Source of the DNA: Sphaerodactylus townsendi | Taxonomy: Eukaryota | NCBI RefSeq assembly: GCF_021028975.2 | Contig: NC_059427.1 | Coordinates: 73,346,001 to 73,410,000, forward strand | Direction: 5' to 3' | DNA length: 64,000 nucleotides | Part shown: one piece after another, positions 1 to 13,514 of the stretch | How the letters are laid out: every line of letters begins with the position of its first letter | How positions within the stretch are numbered: position 1 is the stretch's first letter | Position numbers and translations under genes: made by a program | Notes under the pieces: generated by a model | What the model was told of the DNA's origin: nothing | What the model saw: the letters and a program-made list of their open reading frames with translations, nothing else | Database searches by the model: none

Positions 1-334
1 GGTGACGTTAGCAGCCAACGTTCCCACCCCCATTCCTGTTGCTTCTTCAGCCCACAAGTCTCCCTAAGACCAGATTTCACTTTGGAATGGGGAATATACC
101 TGTCCTTGTTCATACTCTGAATGCATCTGGGTTACTCACTTTGACATATAACTTTTCTTTCCCCCTGATTTATGGCTGAACCCAGGCTCTGGGGCTTCCT
201 AGGGATAAGGATCATCAAAACCACTGGATTCTTACTCTTCTCCCTCTCCCCAGTTCACGATTGAGAAGGAATTAACTCCCTACTAGACCCCCTTTCCTCA
301 GAACAGCTTGTCCTACACCCTGGTGGGGCCGTAC

Positions 335-515
335 CGTAGACAGTAATAGCAGCAGGTGAACTGCGACGCCGGGCCACAATATTCTTGGCCACACAGGTAT
401 AGTTGCCTGTGTCTGCTAGGCGGGCCTGCTTCACCACCAGGCTATGTTCCAGGGTGATGTAGAAATTCGGGTCCAGTGTGGGGTCCAGGAGCTCTTCATT
501 GCGCAGCCACTCAAC
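335..515 (-). CDS. UNC5A: UNC5A coding exon (exon 5 equivalent, 181 bp): Ig-like domain 2; gene continues beyond the left edge
   Basis: Translates [60 protein letters not shown]. Acceptor tttccccaag|, donor |gtacgg, phase 0-1. Has the D-x-G-x-Y-x-C Ig motif. Confidence 0.95.
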
Positions 516-986
516 CTTGGGGAAACACAAGCCACACAGGGGGCATGAGTGGGTCAGGCTGTAGAGGAGCCTGTAAGGACTCTGTAGCTGCAATGTGTCT
601 CAAAGGGAAACACGTTCTGGTACTGACCTAGTGAGGGACAGAGATTGACAGGCCAGTCAGCACCAGGGCAGCCTAGGGAAGCTCCAGAATGTTAGTTAAT
701 CCAGAATGTGAGTTAATCAGCTCTGCAGAGAGATGAGCTGGAGTCAATCAAGCGGCGGGGAGTATGGAGAGGAAAGGGATATCACAAACGCAGTCTAGAT
801 CAGAAGCAAGCACTGTGGGGTGGCAAAATTATGGGTGGCAGTGGGATGAGGCTCCACGTTGGTTGGTCCCTTCAAACCTTTTGGGATATATTGCAAGGGG
901 TGGGCTTCATGGGCCATTCTGTTGAATGGCTACCTCTTGGCCACCTCATGTTACCCAGGAATAAGTCACATTCGGTGGGTACTCAC

Positions 987-1090
987 TTCAGCTGGTGGGA
1001 TCCCCTCTGGAGGTCGACACGGCAGCACAATCCCCTGCTCAATAGAAACCTCTTTGGCTACTGGCTCTTGTTCAAAGTTCTTTCGCAGAT
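987..1090 (-). CDS. UNC5A: UNC5A coding exon (exon 4 equivalent, 104 bp): start of Ig-like domain 2 (absent from the ORF track)
   Basis: Read manually as (Y)[34 protein letters not shown]. Acceptor ttctttttag|, donor |gtgagt, phase 1-0, joining the flanking exons in frame. Confidence 0.95.
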
Positions 1091-1153
1091 CTAAAAAGAA
1101 GAGAAACTCCTTGTGGTATTACGATTCCCAAGACTTGCCTCCATCACATCATG

Positions 1154-1785
1154 TGTCATGGGGTCAGAATCAACCAGCCAGGAGTCCTCTGATGAGGAGC
1201 ACTGGCAGGATGTCCCCACTGTGCTGGAACCCCAGTCAACTGAACCTCAGACATAACCAGAAGCCTTACAGGAGGCAGACAGAGCTGGCCCAAGTCATAG
1301 GCCAGGAGTCGGAAGTCAGAGTGTTTGCAGAAGCACCCCCAGCCACTGAGGGCCAGCCTAGCAGCCCACCCAGCTCACCTGAGTCTGTGAGGCAGCTGAG
1401 GATTCGCACATGGCAGGAACTGCACTCAAAAAGGTGCAGTACATGCTTGGAAGCCCTAAGGCATTGCAGAGAATGCTGTGAGTCAGCTCAGGATCAAGAC
1501 TGAACCACAGCACAGGCTTTTAAGAGATTGCTTTAGGAAGTGGAAGTTGCAGGAGTAACGTTGTTGAAAGCCTGACAGCTTTCTGCCGCACCCGCTTGCA
1601 GACTGATTCCTTGGAACTGTGACTCAGTTGCCTGGTCTGACCTCTCTTGGACCCTTGTCTGCCTCTTACCAGATCTGCTTAGACTCCTTCTCTGGACTCA
1701 GAGTAAGACTGCTCTCTCCCTCTCTTGTATCTTTGCCTGCTATCAGCTAGAGCCTGGCTCTCTGTGAGCCTGGCAGGCCCGGACA
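1154..1785. mobile_element. Solo LTR (632 bp), probably Gypsy-type
   Basis: Termini TGTC...GACA with an exact 5-bp TSD TCATG at 1149-1153 and 1786-1790. Confidence 0.75.
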
Positions 1786-2098
1786 TCATGCTTGGCCAGT
1801 AACACTGTTGAGAAAGACTTGCCTGCTCCCTGCCATTACCAATGCCCAATGGGTCATACATGATCTGGACAAAAAAGGCCTGTTGCTGGGTTCTGATTTT
1901 CAGCTGCAGGATCTGGGTTCTAGCATTTCCACCAACCCATCAAAGACGCCAAGGGCTAAGGAGGTACTGGGCAAGATTGTAGGTAGGAAATGAAATGAAA
2001 ATGAGGCTTGAGAAGAGAGATGAAAACTGATCTGGGAATGATCCCAAATGGGTGACTGGCACAGCCTCAGTCCCCCTGGTAGATAGAGAATCACTCAC

Positions 2099-2242
2099 AA
2101 GCAATGCGCACATAGGCCTTCTGGCTCTTGGTGGTGCCAGAAGAACTCCAGGCAACACACTGGCACCAGTACTCCTCCAGACCAAAGATCTTCTCCACCT
2201 GCTGCCGTGAGATGTCGATCCGCACCTCCATGAGGGGTAAAC
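2099..2242 (-). CDS. UNC5A: UNC5A coding exon (exon 3 equivalent, 144 bp): Ig-like domain 1, C-terminal half
   Basis: Translates (G)[47 protein letters not shown](Y). Acceptor ttggtag|, donor |gtgagt, phase 1-1. Confidence 0.96.
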
Positions 2243-4682
2243 CTACCAAAACATTAGGGGACAAAGAAGCCAGGAAGAAGGAGGGAGGTTCATTTTTATT
2301 CTTATTACAAAAAAGTCCTAACAAATACAAACACACAATGCATTACATATACAATTAACCACAACTAACTCATTAAACTCATATGCTGATTATGCACAAA
2401 GCGGGTGCAAATGTCCATTGCAGCAAGAATTCTTGTACGAATGTATTTTCTCAAGCCTCACTTTCACTTTCCATTCTCTCTGTGGCAAGCAAGACCACTT
2501 CTAGCATGATTTTATTTTCCCTTCACCACCAGAGAAGGATAGATTTGCTAGTGAGCACAGCCTTACCCTGGACATGTTCCCTCCACAGCCAGCCTTCCCA
2601 ATCCCTCACACTGCTGTTCACACATTTCCCCTTGCCTCCCCTTCCATATTGCCAGCTGCTTCAAGTCACAGAAAAGAAGCTCACTCACATGGTCTTAGCC
2701 AAAATACACTGACCTCTGATTCTCATATTGATACATCAAGATATCAATATAATAACAACAGAGAGTACTTGGATATAACAAGCCTCTCTGTCCTCTGGCA
2801 ACAGCAGCAGGAAGTGTGTGTGTATGTGTGCATGTGCATGTGTGGGGAGGGGAGGGGAGGGGAGGGGAGGGGGAGAGAATATCAGCTTTCAGACATAGTC
2901 CCTTTCTTTAGCAGTCTGTGGTCCAGGGAATTGCTTTGCCTCCTTCATTTGCGGGGTATGGGGTGGAGATTATTTTTGGAATAGTAATATTGATATAAGT
3001 GCTCAGCCAACAAAATCTTGAGATCTGTAATGAGATCTCTGCCTTTAAGGATTAGTTGATAGGTACAGTTAAGGGAACCAGGCCTGGGAGAGTTCCCTGC
3101 AGAAAAGCTCCATGGCAGGAGTGCCTCCTGACATGTAAACAGAGAAATGTGAGAAGAGCCCACTACAACCCCACTGCACAGAGAAGGACCCCGAGAAAAA
3201 CATTCCATACATAATGGGCCTATTAAAAAGTCTGCCCACATTCATAAATAGAAGTATAATACAATTCAAGAAGGGAAAGCGGGGGGGGGGGGGGCTGGAC
3301 AAATATGTATATAAAATCATTTGTCCTATGACGATGTTTTTTGTGACCACCAGTATTTGCAGGCTGTGATCTTATTCATAGTCATTACAAATCAAGCTCT
3401 CCCTAACCATTTTTTAAATTTTGCTGATTTGTTGTTTCTGTACCTGAGCTAATTTCACCTGAGTTGCTGTAATTACATTCCAGACAAAAGGGAGGAAAGA
3501 TCAGTGGGTGGAGGCACTCTTAACAGAGCTGAGAACAGGATGCAGTTTTGAGGCAGAGGACAGATTGTGGTAGAGGATGCAGAATTCACCTCTGGAGAAT
3601 CTCAGTTTACATTTAAAAATAGTTTCTGGCCCTTGTGGTTGTAAAGATGTGTTGGGGGCTTGATTTCCAGCCTGGGGAAGAAGCTGGTGTGGTGGCTTGA
3701 TTTCCAGCCACTAGAAGTTGGGGCTTCAGTCCTCTGCATAACCAACCCAAATCAAAATGAATACTGCAAAAATTTGTACAAACTGCAGAAGAAACTGTGC
3801 AAGCCTGATCACAGAACATAATCCACACAGGGTACAGAATCCAGCTTTTCTGTGTTTAGAATTTAGACTTTCATAGTTTTGAAGGACAGAGTACAGTACC
3901 AACAGCAACATCCCTCCAACTACTTGAAGACAGGGCCTACTGAAGCAACTGTTTCTCAGGGCCCTGAAGCACAAACCCCTCCCTGCCTCTGACACTGTCC
4001 TGGTCTTTTCCACAGAATGTCTCATAAGATGCCTAACAAGGTGGGTACCAGCTCAGTTCTATGGATGTCTGGCTTTCCTTCTGTTTTGGCCTCCTCTTTC
4101 ACTTACAATTTAGATCTGATTTAGCTGCTGTGATGTTCTGGTGCCTTACTGATAATAAAATGTCTGCTGAAAGAATAGGCATTTGCCTAGTGTGAGCTGG
4201 GGAGGGAAACACTTTACTGCAGTTACAGGAAGAGGCTGTTGAACGGTCTGGTGAGTGTCTCAGTTGGTGTGAATGGAACGATCCAAACGCTATGAGCATA
4301 TCTTCACTGCAGACTTTGGCTGTTTTAATACTAATTCCCTTTCTCCTGGGAACTGTAGTTCTATCAGCAGGGTAGCTTATGTCAACAGGCAACTCTAATA
4401 GCTAAAATTCCTAGCAATCTTTACCAAAAGCCCTGAGAGTTACACCAGTATAAAAACAACACTGATGCCTAGTGTTGGTGTGTCCTAGGAGACCTCCTAA
4501 CTCACAGTGGAATCCTAAGTGTCAGTCCTCTGCATAACCAACCATGGACTCTTGAGATCCATAGGCTTAGAAGGGTATAACTACTCTTGAGACTGCACTG
4601 AGGCAGAAACTGGCTATCTGTCACGTGGGCCATAAGGAGGCCAATCTCTCTCCTGCTTTTTCACCCCAGTCCCAGCACTCAC

Positions 4683-4904
4683 CTGTGCTTTTCTCCATGC
4701 TTCGTTGTATGATATGATCACCCTGGTGCACCCACTCGCCATTGCACTTGAAGTAGATCTGGGTAGCAGGTGTGGCCTTGCAAGCCAGTGTCACTGGTTT
4801 GTTCTTGACAATGTAAACATCATCAGGTTCCAGCAGGAAGTGAGGGAGCAGGTCTGAAGTGGAGCCTGGCACAGGGATGGGCACTGTGGCACTTTGTTGG
4901 GCAC
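4683..4904 (-). CDS. UNC5A: UNC5A coding exon (exon 2 equivalent, 222 bp): mature N-terminus and start of Ig-like domain 1
   Basis: Translates (G)AQQSATVPIPVPGSTSDLLPHFLLEPDDVYIVKNKPVTLACKATPATQIYFKCNGEWVHQGDHIIQRSMEKST(G). Acceptor cctag| at 4905-4906, donor |gtgagt at 4682, phase 1-1. GAQQSATV and VYIVKNKPV match recalled UNC5A rather than UNC5B/C/D. Confidence 0.96.
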
Positions 4905-7039
4905 CTAGGTAATGTGGGCAAAAAGGATGTGATTAGAAACAGGCAAGGGGGAAATGACAAAAATTCATCCAGGGCTAGAAGAAATGGGTTTCCGCCACTG
5001 GATGAGAGATTGCAGTGGTCTGTATCAAGCTCCTCAAGGCCTCCTTTCTTCCAACCCTTCCCTCTCCTTCAACTCTCCCCACATCATGATTTATAACAGA
5101 TGTTGGGTGGGAGGTATTAGGTTGTTTGATTTACCCTCATTTTAAATGGGGCTAAGGATAGGGTTGTATTGAAATTTTATGAATTTTATGTGGGTTTGAT
5201 AATTTTATACCATTATGTTATGAATTCTTCACTGTAAGCTATCCTGGCCCAAGCTGCCCTGGGTAGCTGACCCTGAGCATCCTTGAAACACCATCACCAT
5301 GACCTTGAAATGGCCACTAGTTCCCTTGCCTGCCCTCTCCCAGCCCCCACACAGCAACCTAAGCTGGTGGGGCAGCAGTAGATTGCTGTTCACTATCACG
5401 CTAGCTTAGCCCAAGCCTCCCCACTCCCTTGCTTGTCCCCTCCCAGACCCCAAACAGCAACCTGGGTCATTGAGTGTGTTGCCACCCACTGCCCCACAGG
5501 CCTAGCCTAGGCCTTCCCTTTCGACCCTCCTCCCAACTCAAATAGTAAGCCAGGCCTGGTGGAGCAGGGGTGCCTTGCCGCCGCTGCCCCACTGGCCTGG
5601 CCACTTTCAATTATTGGTATGGCACTGTCACTCCAGTACTTTCTCGGGGCCTGAGGCAAGAGCTGCTTCCCAGGCCATGAGGAGAGGCCTTGGAAGCCCA
5701 GGCCATGAGGGGAGGAGGAACAGAGCGTTATTTCCATGTGAGAGAATGTGAGTGCTCATGCTGTGTTAGATAGGGTGGAGATGTAGTGAGGCAATGTTGG
5801 GACCCAAGAGGAAGATGGCACTGAGCTGAAAGTGGAGGAAGGGGGAGATGTGTCAACTTGGCAGTAACACCAGCTTCTTTGGCAGCTGCCATCATCATCA
5901 GTGCTGCTGAGCTGAGGTTAGGTAGGTAAGTCTGACTGGGATAGGCTGAGCAGGAAGTGACTTCAGCCTGGAGTCTGGATGCTTTTTGGCAGGTTCTCTC
6001 AGCAGCCCTGAGGCGAAAGGCAGGGGGCATTCCTTGCGTGCCATTTTCCACAGTGAGGATTTAAGGGAAGGAGGAGGTGGAAGAGGAGGAGGAGGCTGTG
6101 GTAGGACTTGAACCCCCACAACAACTCCGTACACTAATTTACCCCCTATACCCCAGAAACAAACACAGTTACTGTAGGACAAGCTGTTTATAGAGTTGCA
6201 TAGGCATGCGAGCAGAGGGGGTAGGCTGTGCAGACACAAGTGAATGCAAGACAAATTGGTAATGACTCATAGTTTTCTAGAGCCTGTTGTATTTTCTTGC
6301 ACAATGGGCTTTATTGCTAGTAATAAATGCTATACAAATAATAAATAAGATAGTGCTGTTGTTCCACTGACTAGGATCAGAGTTCTCTAAGCCCAGCCTT
6401 CTGAAGTTTCAACTCTGCTTCCCTGTAATCAGAACAGTTTTTACTCTTTGAGGATCCTTGGCTAATCATACAGTTAATTGGCCCCTAACATTAATGAAAG
6501 CAACCGAAGCAAAAACACTCAGCCAGGCTGTTGCCCTCACAGCTGCCCTGTGATGGTCATGTTGACTGCCTGAACTTCTTGTCCCCGAAGCCTCATAAAC
6601 GACACCAAAGACTATCCATAGTAATGAAAAGCCTCAGAGGAACTTCATCTGAAGTTGTACATAAGTCATGATAAGTGTCAAAACCTTGTAAGATTTTAGG
6701 AGATGATTGAGAAATTTCAGGAACACTTTCAGTGGCCCAAGTGATGAGAATTACAATCCAACCCTATTTTAAGATCAGTCACAGCAGTGTGTCTATGAGG
6801 ATCTTAGGCAATAGTTGTAGCCTATCACAAGAAGTGAATAGCATAAGTGGTGGAACAGAAGTGGTAACAGGTTGCATGTATTTCTCTCCTACTACAGCAG
6901 GTATGTGATTAAAATTGGTTGTAGACCTGCTCTCCAGTGTGCCACAATGGTTATAGCTACTGCTAATAATTACTGTGCAGGTTGTGGAATGGTATACTAT
7001 AATCTGATCTATAACCTGGTGAATTACAGGCGACAGTCA

Positions 7040-7555
7040 ATGCAACATGGCTAAGATGTCTCTGGCGTTCTCTGTGTTCTCTGTGATAAGAAAATGCCTA
7101 TACACCTGAAGACAAAAATCTACAAGACCATAGTCCATCCTGTAGCCTCTATGAGTCAGAGTCCTGGCCCATAACAAAAGTGGCCGAGAGACAACTCCAT
7201 GTCATGGAAATGAGCATGACTCATTGGACAATGGGTATATCCCTCCTCGACCACATCACCAATGACATGGTCCGAAAACAACTTGGCAGCGCGCCCAACG
7301 AGGCAAAAATGACAGAGAGGTGCCTGCGCTGCTTCAGCCATGTCTGTCGAGCAGCCCTGGACACTGTTGCCAGCATCACCTATCACATTGAGGTTACTGA
7401 TCGGCAGCAACACGGACTGCCAAACCAACGATGGCAAGATACCATCAATGCGGATCTGAAAATTGCAGGCCTGCAACCAGACATCGTGCTCAATTGAGAG
7501 TTTAAAAATCTGAGCAGGGGACCCTGCATTAGTGGGACAACGCTAGGAAGAAGAA
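7040..7555 (+). mobile_element. 5'-truncated, decayed RTE-clade LINE 3' end
   Basis: Frameshifted translation CDKKMPIHLKTKIYKTIVHPVA..ESWPITKVAERQLHVMEM...RWQDTINADLK resembles the RTE ORF C-terminus. Ends in a (GAA)n-like tail. Confidence 0.75.
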
Positions 7556-7720
7556 CCTGATCTCATCAAATCTTGGAAGCTAAGCGGGGTCAGAATGTGG
7601 ATGTGAGGGCATCAAGGTGGACTCTGCAAAGGAAGACAATGGCAAACCACCTCTGCTTAGTCACTAGGCACACGAAAACCACACGAGGGGGTTGCCATAA
7701 GTTATCTGCGACTTGACAGT
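7556..7720 (+). mobile_element. 5S rRNA-derived SINE (5S-Sauria-like), partial
   Basis: CTGATCTCATCAAATCTTGGAAGCTAAGCGGGGTC matches the 5S rRNA internal segment, followed by a non-5S body shared with other copies in the window. Confidence 0.65.
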
Positions 7721-7789
7721 TGTTCACATGTGTGTGTGGGTGCGTGCATGTACACACAAACACAATAATTTCTGTGATACTTGGTTACA

Positions 7790-7985
7790 AATAGTTTCAG
7801 AGGATAACCATGTTGATCAGCAGCAGAACAGCTAGGTTCCAGCCCAGTAACGCCTTATAAGCTAACTAGATTTTGGGTGGTATCAACCTTTGACAGTCAA
7901 AGCTCCATTTGCCAGAGGTACCTTTTCAGAAAGCTGATACCCTCCAAAATCTTTTTGGTCTCAGGGATGCGACTGGTCTGAAATC
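7790..7985. mobile_element. Penelope-related short palindromic repeat (related copy near 35195-35320)
   Basis: CCAGTAACGCCT...AGATTT...AAAGCTCC motifs recur at about 35215-35280. Family assignment is from recall. Confidence 0.4.
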
Positions 7986-10900
7986 GTGGTTGCAAATGTA
8001 ATCCCAACTGGAACTAACAACATACTACTGGTGTAATCCATTCCTGCAAAAATATGGTTGCGTATATAAGGTCTCATAACAGTGTAATCCGCACAATGGT
8101 GTACTCCACAGTCAGCTGCCATCCACAATAGCTGCCATCACCTCCTATTCCATACTATAGCTTTGCTAAAGTTATTTAAACATTTAAGACCAATTGTGTT
8201 AGCTTTATGACATCATAGGCTCAAAACATAATTTTTGTTTATTAAAAGTGCAAATAAAAATTAAAGCTTTGAAAAGGAGCAGAACCACTGTGAATTATTT
8301 AATATTCAAAGGGGAAACAGACACTGATTTACTGCACAGAAGACATTGGTCCACGAAGGGCAGGTCAACCCAATGCTTCTCAATGGGAGGTGGACAGGTC
8401 ATCCAAGCGACTAAGATTCTCGTATGTGTATTTGCGTAGCTATGAAGATCGCTCCTCAAAAATAACAATTAAAAAGGGAAAACTATATATTGCTGAAATC
8501 AGCAGGACGAGACGAGTACAACTATATACTTATTGGGCTGAAAAGGTGCCCAGAATTGGAGTCTTCAGAGCAAATGTCCTAGGGCAACCTTCAGCAAATG
8601 GAAGCAGGGAGAACCCCTTCATGCCACACAAAATGTCATGTGCAAACTGAGGGTGAAACTGACCAGAGAGTTAAACAGTCAGGAGGAAAACAGCCTCTTT
8701 CCCCCTCTGACACTTTTGCTGTCTGGAAAGCACCCAGAAGCTGCCTTGTCGTCTTCTGTTGGGTGTGCGGAGGGAAAAGAAGCAATTGCCTCTTTTTAAA
8801 GCATCCCACGGAAATCTTTTTTTTGTTCCAGTGACTTTTACCACCACAAACATTTTGGGTATTGCAGGACATTTTCTATTCCAAAATATGCTGGAATTTG
8901 GCTTGGGATAGAAATACACCTCAAAGGCAACATGTACAAGATTTTTTGCTGGGTTTTTTTTTTGCGGTGGGGGTGTGTGTTAAGTTTGATCCACTGCATC
9001 TTTCTAGATTAACTTGGAATTCCCTCTTCATGTCAGCATGATATTGTCCATTTAGTCTCTTCTGGGGGCTTGTGGACCACACTACTTGATGGCCAGCCCT
9101 ATGCAGATCCTAGAGCTGATACTCAGATTCAAACGCAAACCTCTATGCTTCAAGTCTCCACAGCTGAAAAGCTGGAAGTACATCTTGTGCTAAGCCAAGA
9201 CATTAAACCAGCTATCCTATGTAGCTCCAGTAATGGTGAGTTAGAATCATTCCCTTGGTTGCCCTGGAGACAGGCACATATCCTCTAATATTAGATAAAA
9301 ATATGTGTACTATTTTCCATTAGCCTTTGATGGCATGGGATAGGGTATGATGGGTTTTAAGGAATATTATGGGGAGTTTGTGATAGAACACCATATTGCT
9401 ACCAGTCCTGGGCCTTCAGATGGGGCAGGTTAAACAATAAATAACAATGAATGTGAAAGGTTTTTTTTCCAGAAGTGTCTAACCACTTCACTAAGACTTG
9501 GCAGACAACAAGTCCATCACTCAAGAATTTGGGAAGATTGAACTTCAAAATGATGGTTTGGATCCTGCTGAAAATCTCCACTGATTGAAGGAGTGTAACC
9601 TTCTTTCCCCCTTCCTGCTGCAGCCCAAATATACCCTCCCCCCAATTTTGATCGTGGCCAAAGCAAATAGGGAAGAATCAATGAAAACTGCCCCTCCATT
9701 CTGTTAACAGAAATCATCGGTGGGAGGCATCCTAGGGACCCCACATGGGTACATTTTCCCATGTTTTGTGGAAAGTACTTTCCTAGTAACTGCCATTTCT
9801 AAATTTTGAAATTTCAGCAGATACTGACTTTTCAAAAGAATCTATATCAAAATAAGAAAACTGGCATTTTACCCATCCAAATGTTACCATATGGGGGAAA
9901 AATTGCCACTAATTGGCAACAGCAATGGGAAAATATGAATCAGACTGATTTAATAGGTACAGTTATATAGCATAGCTATCCTCACCCCCACCCCTCAAGA
10001 TACATCATGAGCTTTTGAGTCCACATCCTAAAGCCTGCAGCAAAATGGTTGTTCTCCCACTGTCCCCCAAGGCGGAGGCTCCTTCCCTCTTGTTCCTGAT
10101 ACATCAAACTGTGCCCCTTGTGACAGGCTTGCACAGCTGGGGCCGCCGACAACAGGCTCCCCCCTCCCGGCCTCCGCTGGGTCTAATCCATCACAGCAGG
10201 AAATGCTGTACGGCATGCGCCCAGTGAACCTGTGCCGATCCCTCATGTCTGCATTTAACTGCTAATGAAAAAGAAATGTAGTGTGACCAATAAGGGACAT
10301 AGCTCACTTCTCCGGGGGCCTCGTCTCGTCATGCCACACTGAGCTGCTCCTGCTCGTTCCCCTCTGGCCCCCCTCTCCCTCACGGCAGCCTGCTGGGCCT
10401 GATGTGTCTGCAGGGCAGCACCCCCAGACCATCTTGCGCTGGCTTTACCCTGGCAGAGGGCAGGGCCTGATTGCCGAGACCGGGAAAATAGCAACGCGGC
10501 TGCCTCTGGTAGTGACTGCTTGTCTACAAAGCCCAGAGAAGGGGAGGACAGTATTTCAAAACCTGAGCCGAGCACAGGAACTTCACGTGGCCAACTGCCA
10601 AAGTTCCTGCTGTTTCTCCAGCCACAATGTGTGCACATACACATGCACCTGTCCGCCTAACCCCGACAGCTGGTGCTGCTCACCAGCTACATCAGTCACC
10701 AGCGCTGCTTCCATTTCAACCTAGCCTCTGCTGGAATCATGCTTTCCCTTTCTCCAAAGGCAAGACGGAAGAGAGGGTGGGACTCCCTTGCTTTGAACAG
10801 ATGTATGGAAGAGGCAGTTTTCTGAAGTTGCCGGTTTCTTCCTCCTGCAGCACGACACAGTCTAAAGCAGCACCTGCAGACTCCTGTTTATCCATCGCCA

Positions 10901-12984
10901 TTAAAGGCCTGGGGACCTTGCCCTCTGCTTCACCTGCCCACCAGCCTCTCCCTTGCGGTTCCTGCTCCACCCAACCTGATGGCACTGACCTTTCTGCTAT
11001 TTTTTTCTCCCTTCCCCTCCTAGCTCAGGCTGGATCCCCAAAGGCCCTCAAGCCCAACATCTGCTGCCGCTGTATGATCAGCTTCTGCCACCACCTTCCA
11101 AGCTTCCTATTGTGTGCCAGACAGAGAATTGCTCATGACATGCGTGCAGTTTCCAAGTCTCTGTTGAGCTATTTTTGGTTTGGAGTCTCTGGCCCACTTT
11201 TATACACACATACACATATACACAGCAGCATCAGAGCCACTTGCTTGTAGTTTGATCCCATGCCACATGAGAGTGCGTGAGGACACCATGTACATGAAGC
11301 TGACTGGGTATGTAGTTCCTACCCAATCAGTATCCTTATGGGAGAGAAGGTATCAGTCAGGTGGACCAAGGCCCATAAGACTCGATTATTATTTCCATAC
11401 TCTCCTCATGCTTCCGTGCCATATGTGAAAGAGAGCTAATCTTGCAGGCATTTCGGAGCACCCTTCCCCTTCATCAGAAGCCCACTGTTTCCATTCCCTT
11501 CAGTAGAGTCACCCCTTAGTGGATCCATTTGTTTCTTTATCACATCTGCATTGCACCAGCCAGAACTGGTAGGGAGTGAGGCTTTCTGGATGGCGGAAAT
11601 ACACAGCTCACAGGGCATACACAATATTTACAGCAGGGCTTCAGACAAACATCACACTGAGACAGCATGGCACACATGAACTGCTAACAATCAGGCAGCG
11701 AGTTACAATCATAGTTATAGGGCAGTGCCACCTTACCCTGTTCTTAGTTTGCCCTGAGCTTTATTTTTTGAGTTCCTGATGATTTTTAACCTTTATTCTC
11801 AGGAACACAGAGGCCAATTTGGATCAAAACAATGGTGCATGGGGACAAAGGGGCTGTAAAGCCTCCCCCCTGGGCCATTTTTCCAACTTGAAATGGCCTT
11901 GGGGCACCACCATTTGCCTTTTGGGGGGGAAAACTTACCTATAGCCCATCAGTAAGATTCACCACCAGAGTAACTGGTAGCTCCCTGGGGCTGTTACAGG
12001 TCAGGTAAACAACATAGGTTAAAATCCCCTGTCAATGCATGTCTCAGTTTTGAGCCGAGTCAGGCCCCACCTAAATCAAGTTTCAAAAAGCTTTGAACCT
12101 GGAACTCTCATGGCATGTCTGGTTGGAGGTGAATTCAAGGCAGAGCCAGGAACACTCACCGATATCCTGCCACTCTGCTCGGCAAAGCAGCAACACTTTT
12201 CTTCTGTCGAAGAAACCTTCTTCCAACTTAGAAGGTTCTTCTGCTGGAGGGAAAGCCACTTGTTGGAGGAAGACTCCTTAGAGCGGAGGAAAGGCTTCAA
12301 ATTTTGCTGAGCTGAGTGGCCGGATACAGGCCAGTGTAATGTGTGGCTCAGTCCAGTCTGAATTGTCAGAAGTCCCACTAAAATCAGTGGCGCTTCAGAA
12401 TGCCTCATCAGATGCTGAACTGCATCCAGTCTCTCTCCTCCTGTTGAGAAAACAGAGACCTCCCTGTGTTGCATAGGAAGCCTGGCATTCACTCGCTCAA
12501 GGTGTAGCCGTGTTTTCTGCATTCAGATCTGATGGCTGCAACATCAGATCGAAATTTCCTGTAGGTTGTGATGATTGGTCAAAAGGCAAGGAAATGGTAG
12601 CAAAAAGCTTGTGAGACTAGCCGCTCGCTAAGCTCCAGTTTATAAGTTATGTCACATTGTGGTCCTCTTTGGAATATATTTATTTATTAATTCTTGTTTA
12701 TCCCATCATGGCAGCATACGGCGTACTAAGATATCTCTCATCCCGGCACTGACGAGACTGGGGCTTGCTTAGCTTCAGAGAGAAAAGGCTTCAGTACCAT
12801 TTCATTCATTGTTTGCAGTATTTATATTCCACCTTGCTCACAGCAGCTTATGATGTGTCCTGTCCTGATTCCCTACCCTGAGTCAGGAAAGGAGGGCGTG
12901 CAATAAGTCTGTGGTGCAACCAGGGTTGTGCTTCAGTGGCTGCATCTCCCCTCAGTGTTTCAGGGGTTTTGAGAGACAACTATG

Positions 12985-13514
12985 CAGTGGCTTGGGGGGG
13001 GGGGGCGGCTGGGAGAATGGCGCCCAGGGCAAAATGGCACCTGGGCCCCGCCCCCCTGTGCCCCCAGCCGGCTGCAAAGAGCAGCTGGCTGAAAGAGCAG
13101 CCTAGTGGGAACTGGACTTCCCAGGAGACCTTGCGATCCTCAGGTTCTGCAGAGGCCGCCGGGGGGGGGGGGGGCTCACAAAGTCTCCTGGGAAGTGTAG
13201 TTCCCACCAGGCTGCTTTTTCAGCCGGCTGCTCTTTGCAGTGGGCTGAACTAAGATAAGCGGGGGTGGGCACAAGGAGGTGGGAACTACACTTCCCAGGA
13301 GACCTTGTGAGCCCCAGCTCCTGCAAAGGCATCCCTGGTGGGTGGGGATGGGAAAGGGGTCTTTGTGTTTTCGGCTCCTGCTGTACCAGCAGGCTGCTCC
13401 AAACTGGTGGGCCTGGCGGGGCAAAAGGGAAGGGGAGGGGTGTAGTGGGTGATTTTCTGCCCCGACATGACCCCAATGGTGTGCGCCTGGGGGACAGTGA
13501 CCCCCGCCTCGCTG
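12985..13514. mobile_element. Non-autonomous hAT-type DNA transposon
   Basis: CAG...CTG termini, 8-bp TSD CAACTATG/CAGCTATG (7/8), and internal GGGAACTACACTTCCCAGGAGAC inverted/direct modules. Confidence 0.65.

Noticed and set aside
859-1503. 214-aa plus-strand ORF
   Set aside because: Antisense to UNC5A exon 4 and runs into the solo LTR; no recognisable domain.
10627-11250. 207-aa plus-strand ORF and similar Cys/Pro/Ser-rich ORFs across the track
   Set aside because: Non-ATG or random composition, no domain motifs and no splice context; expected by chance in GC-rich intron or repeat DNA.
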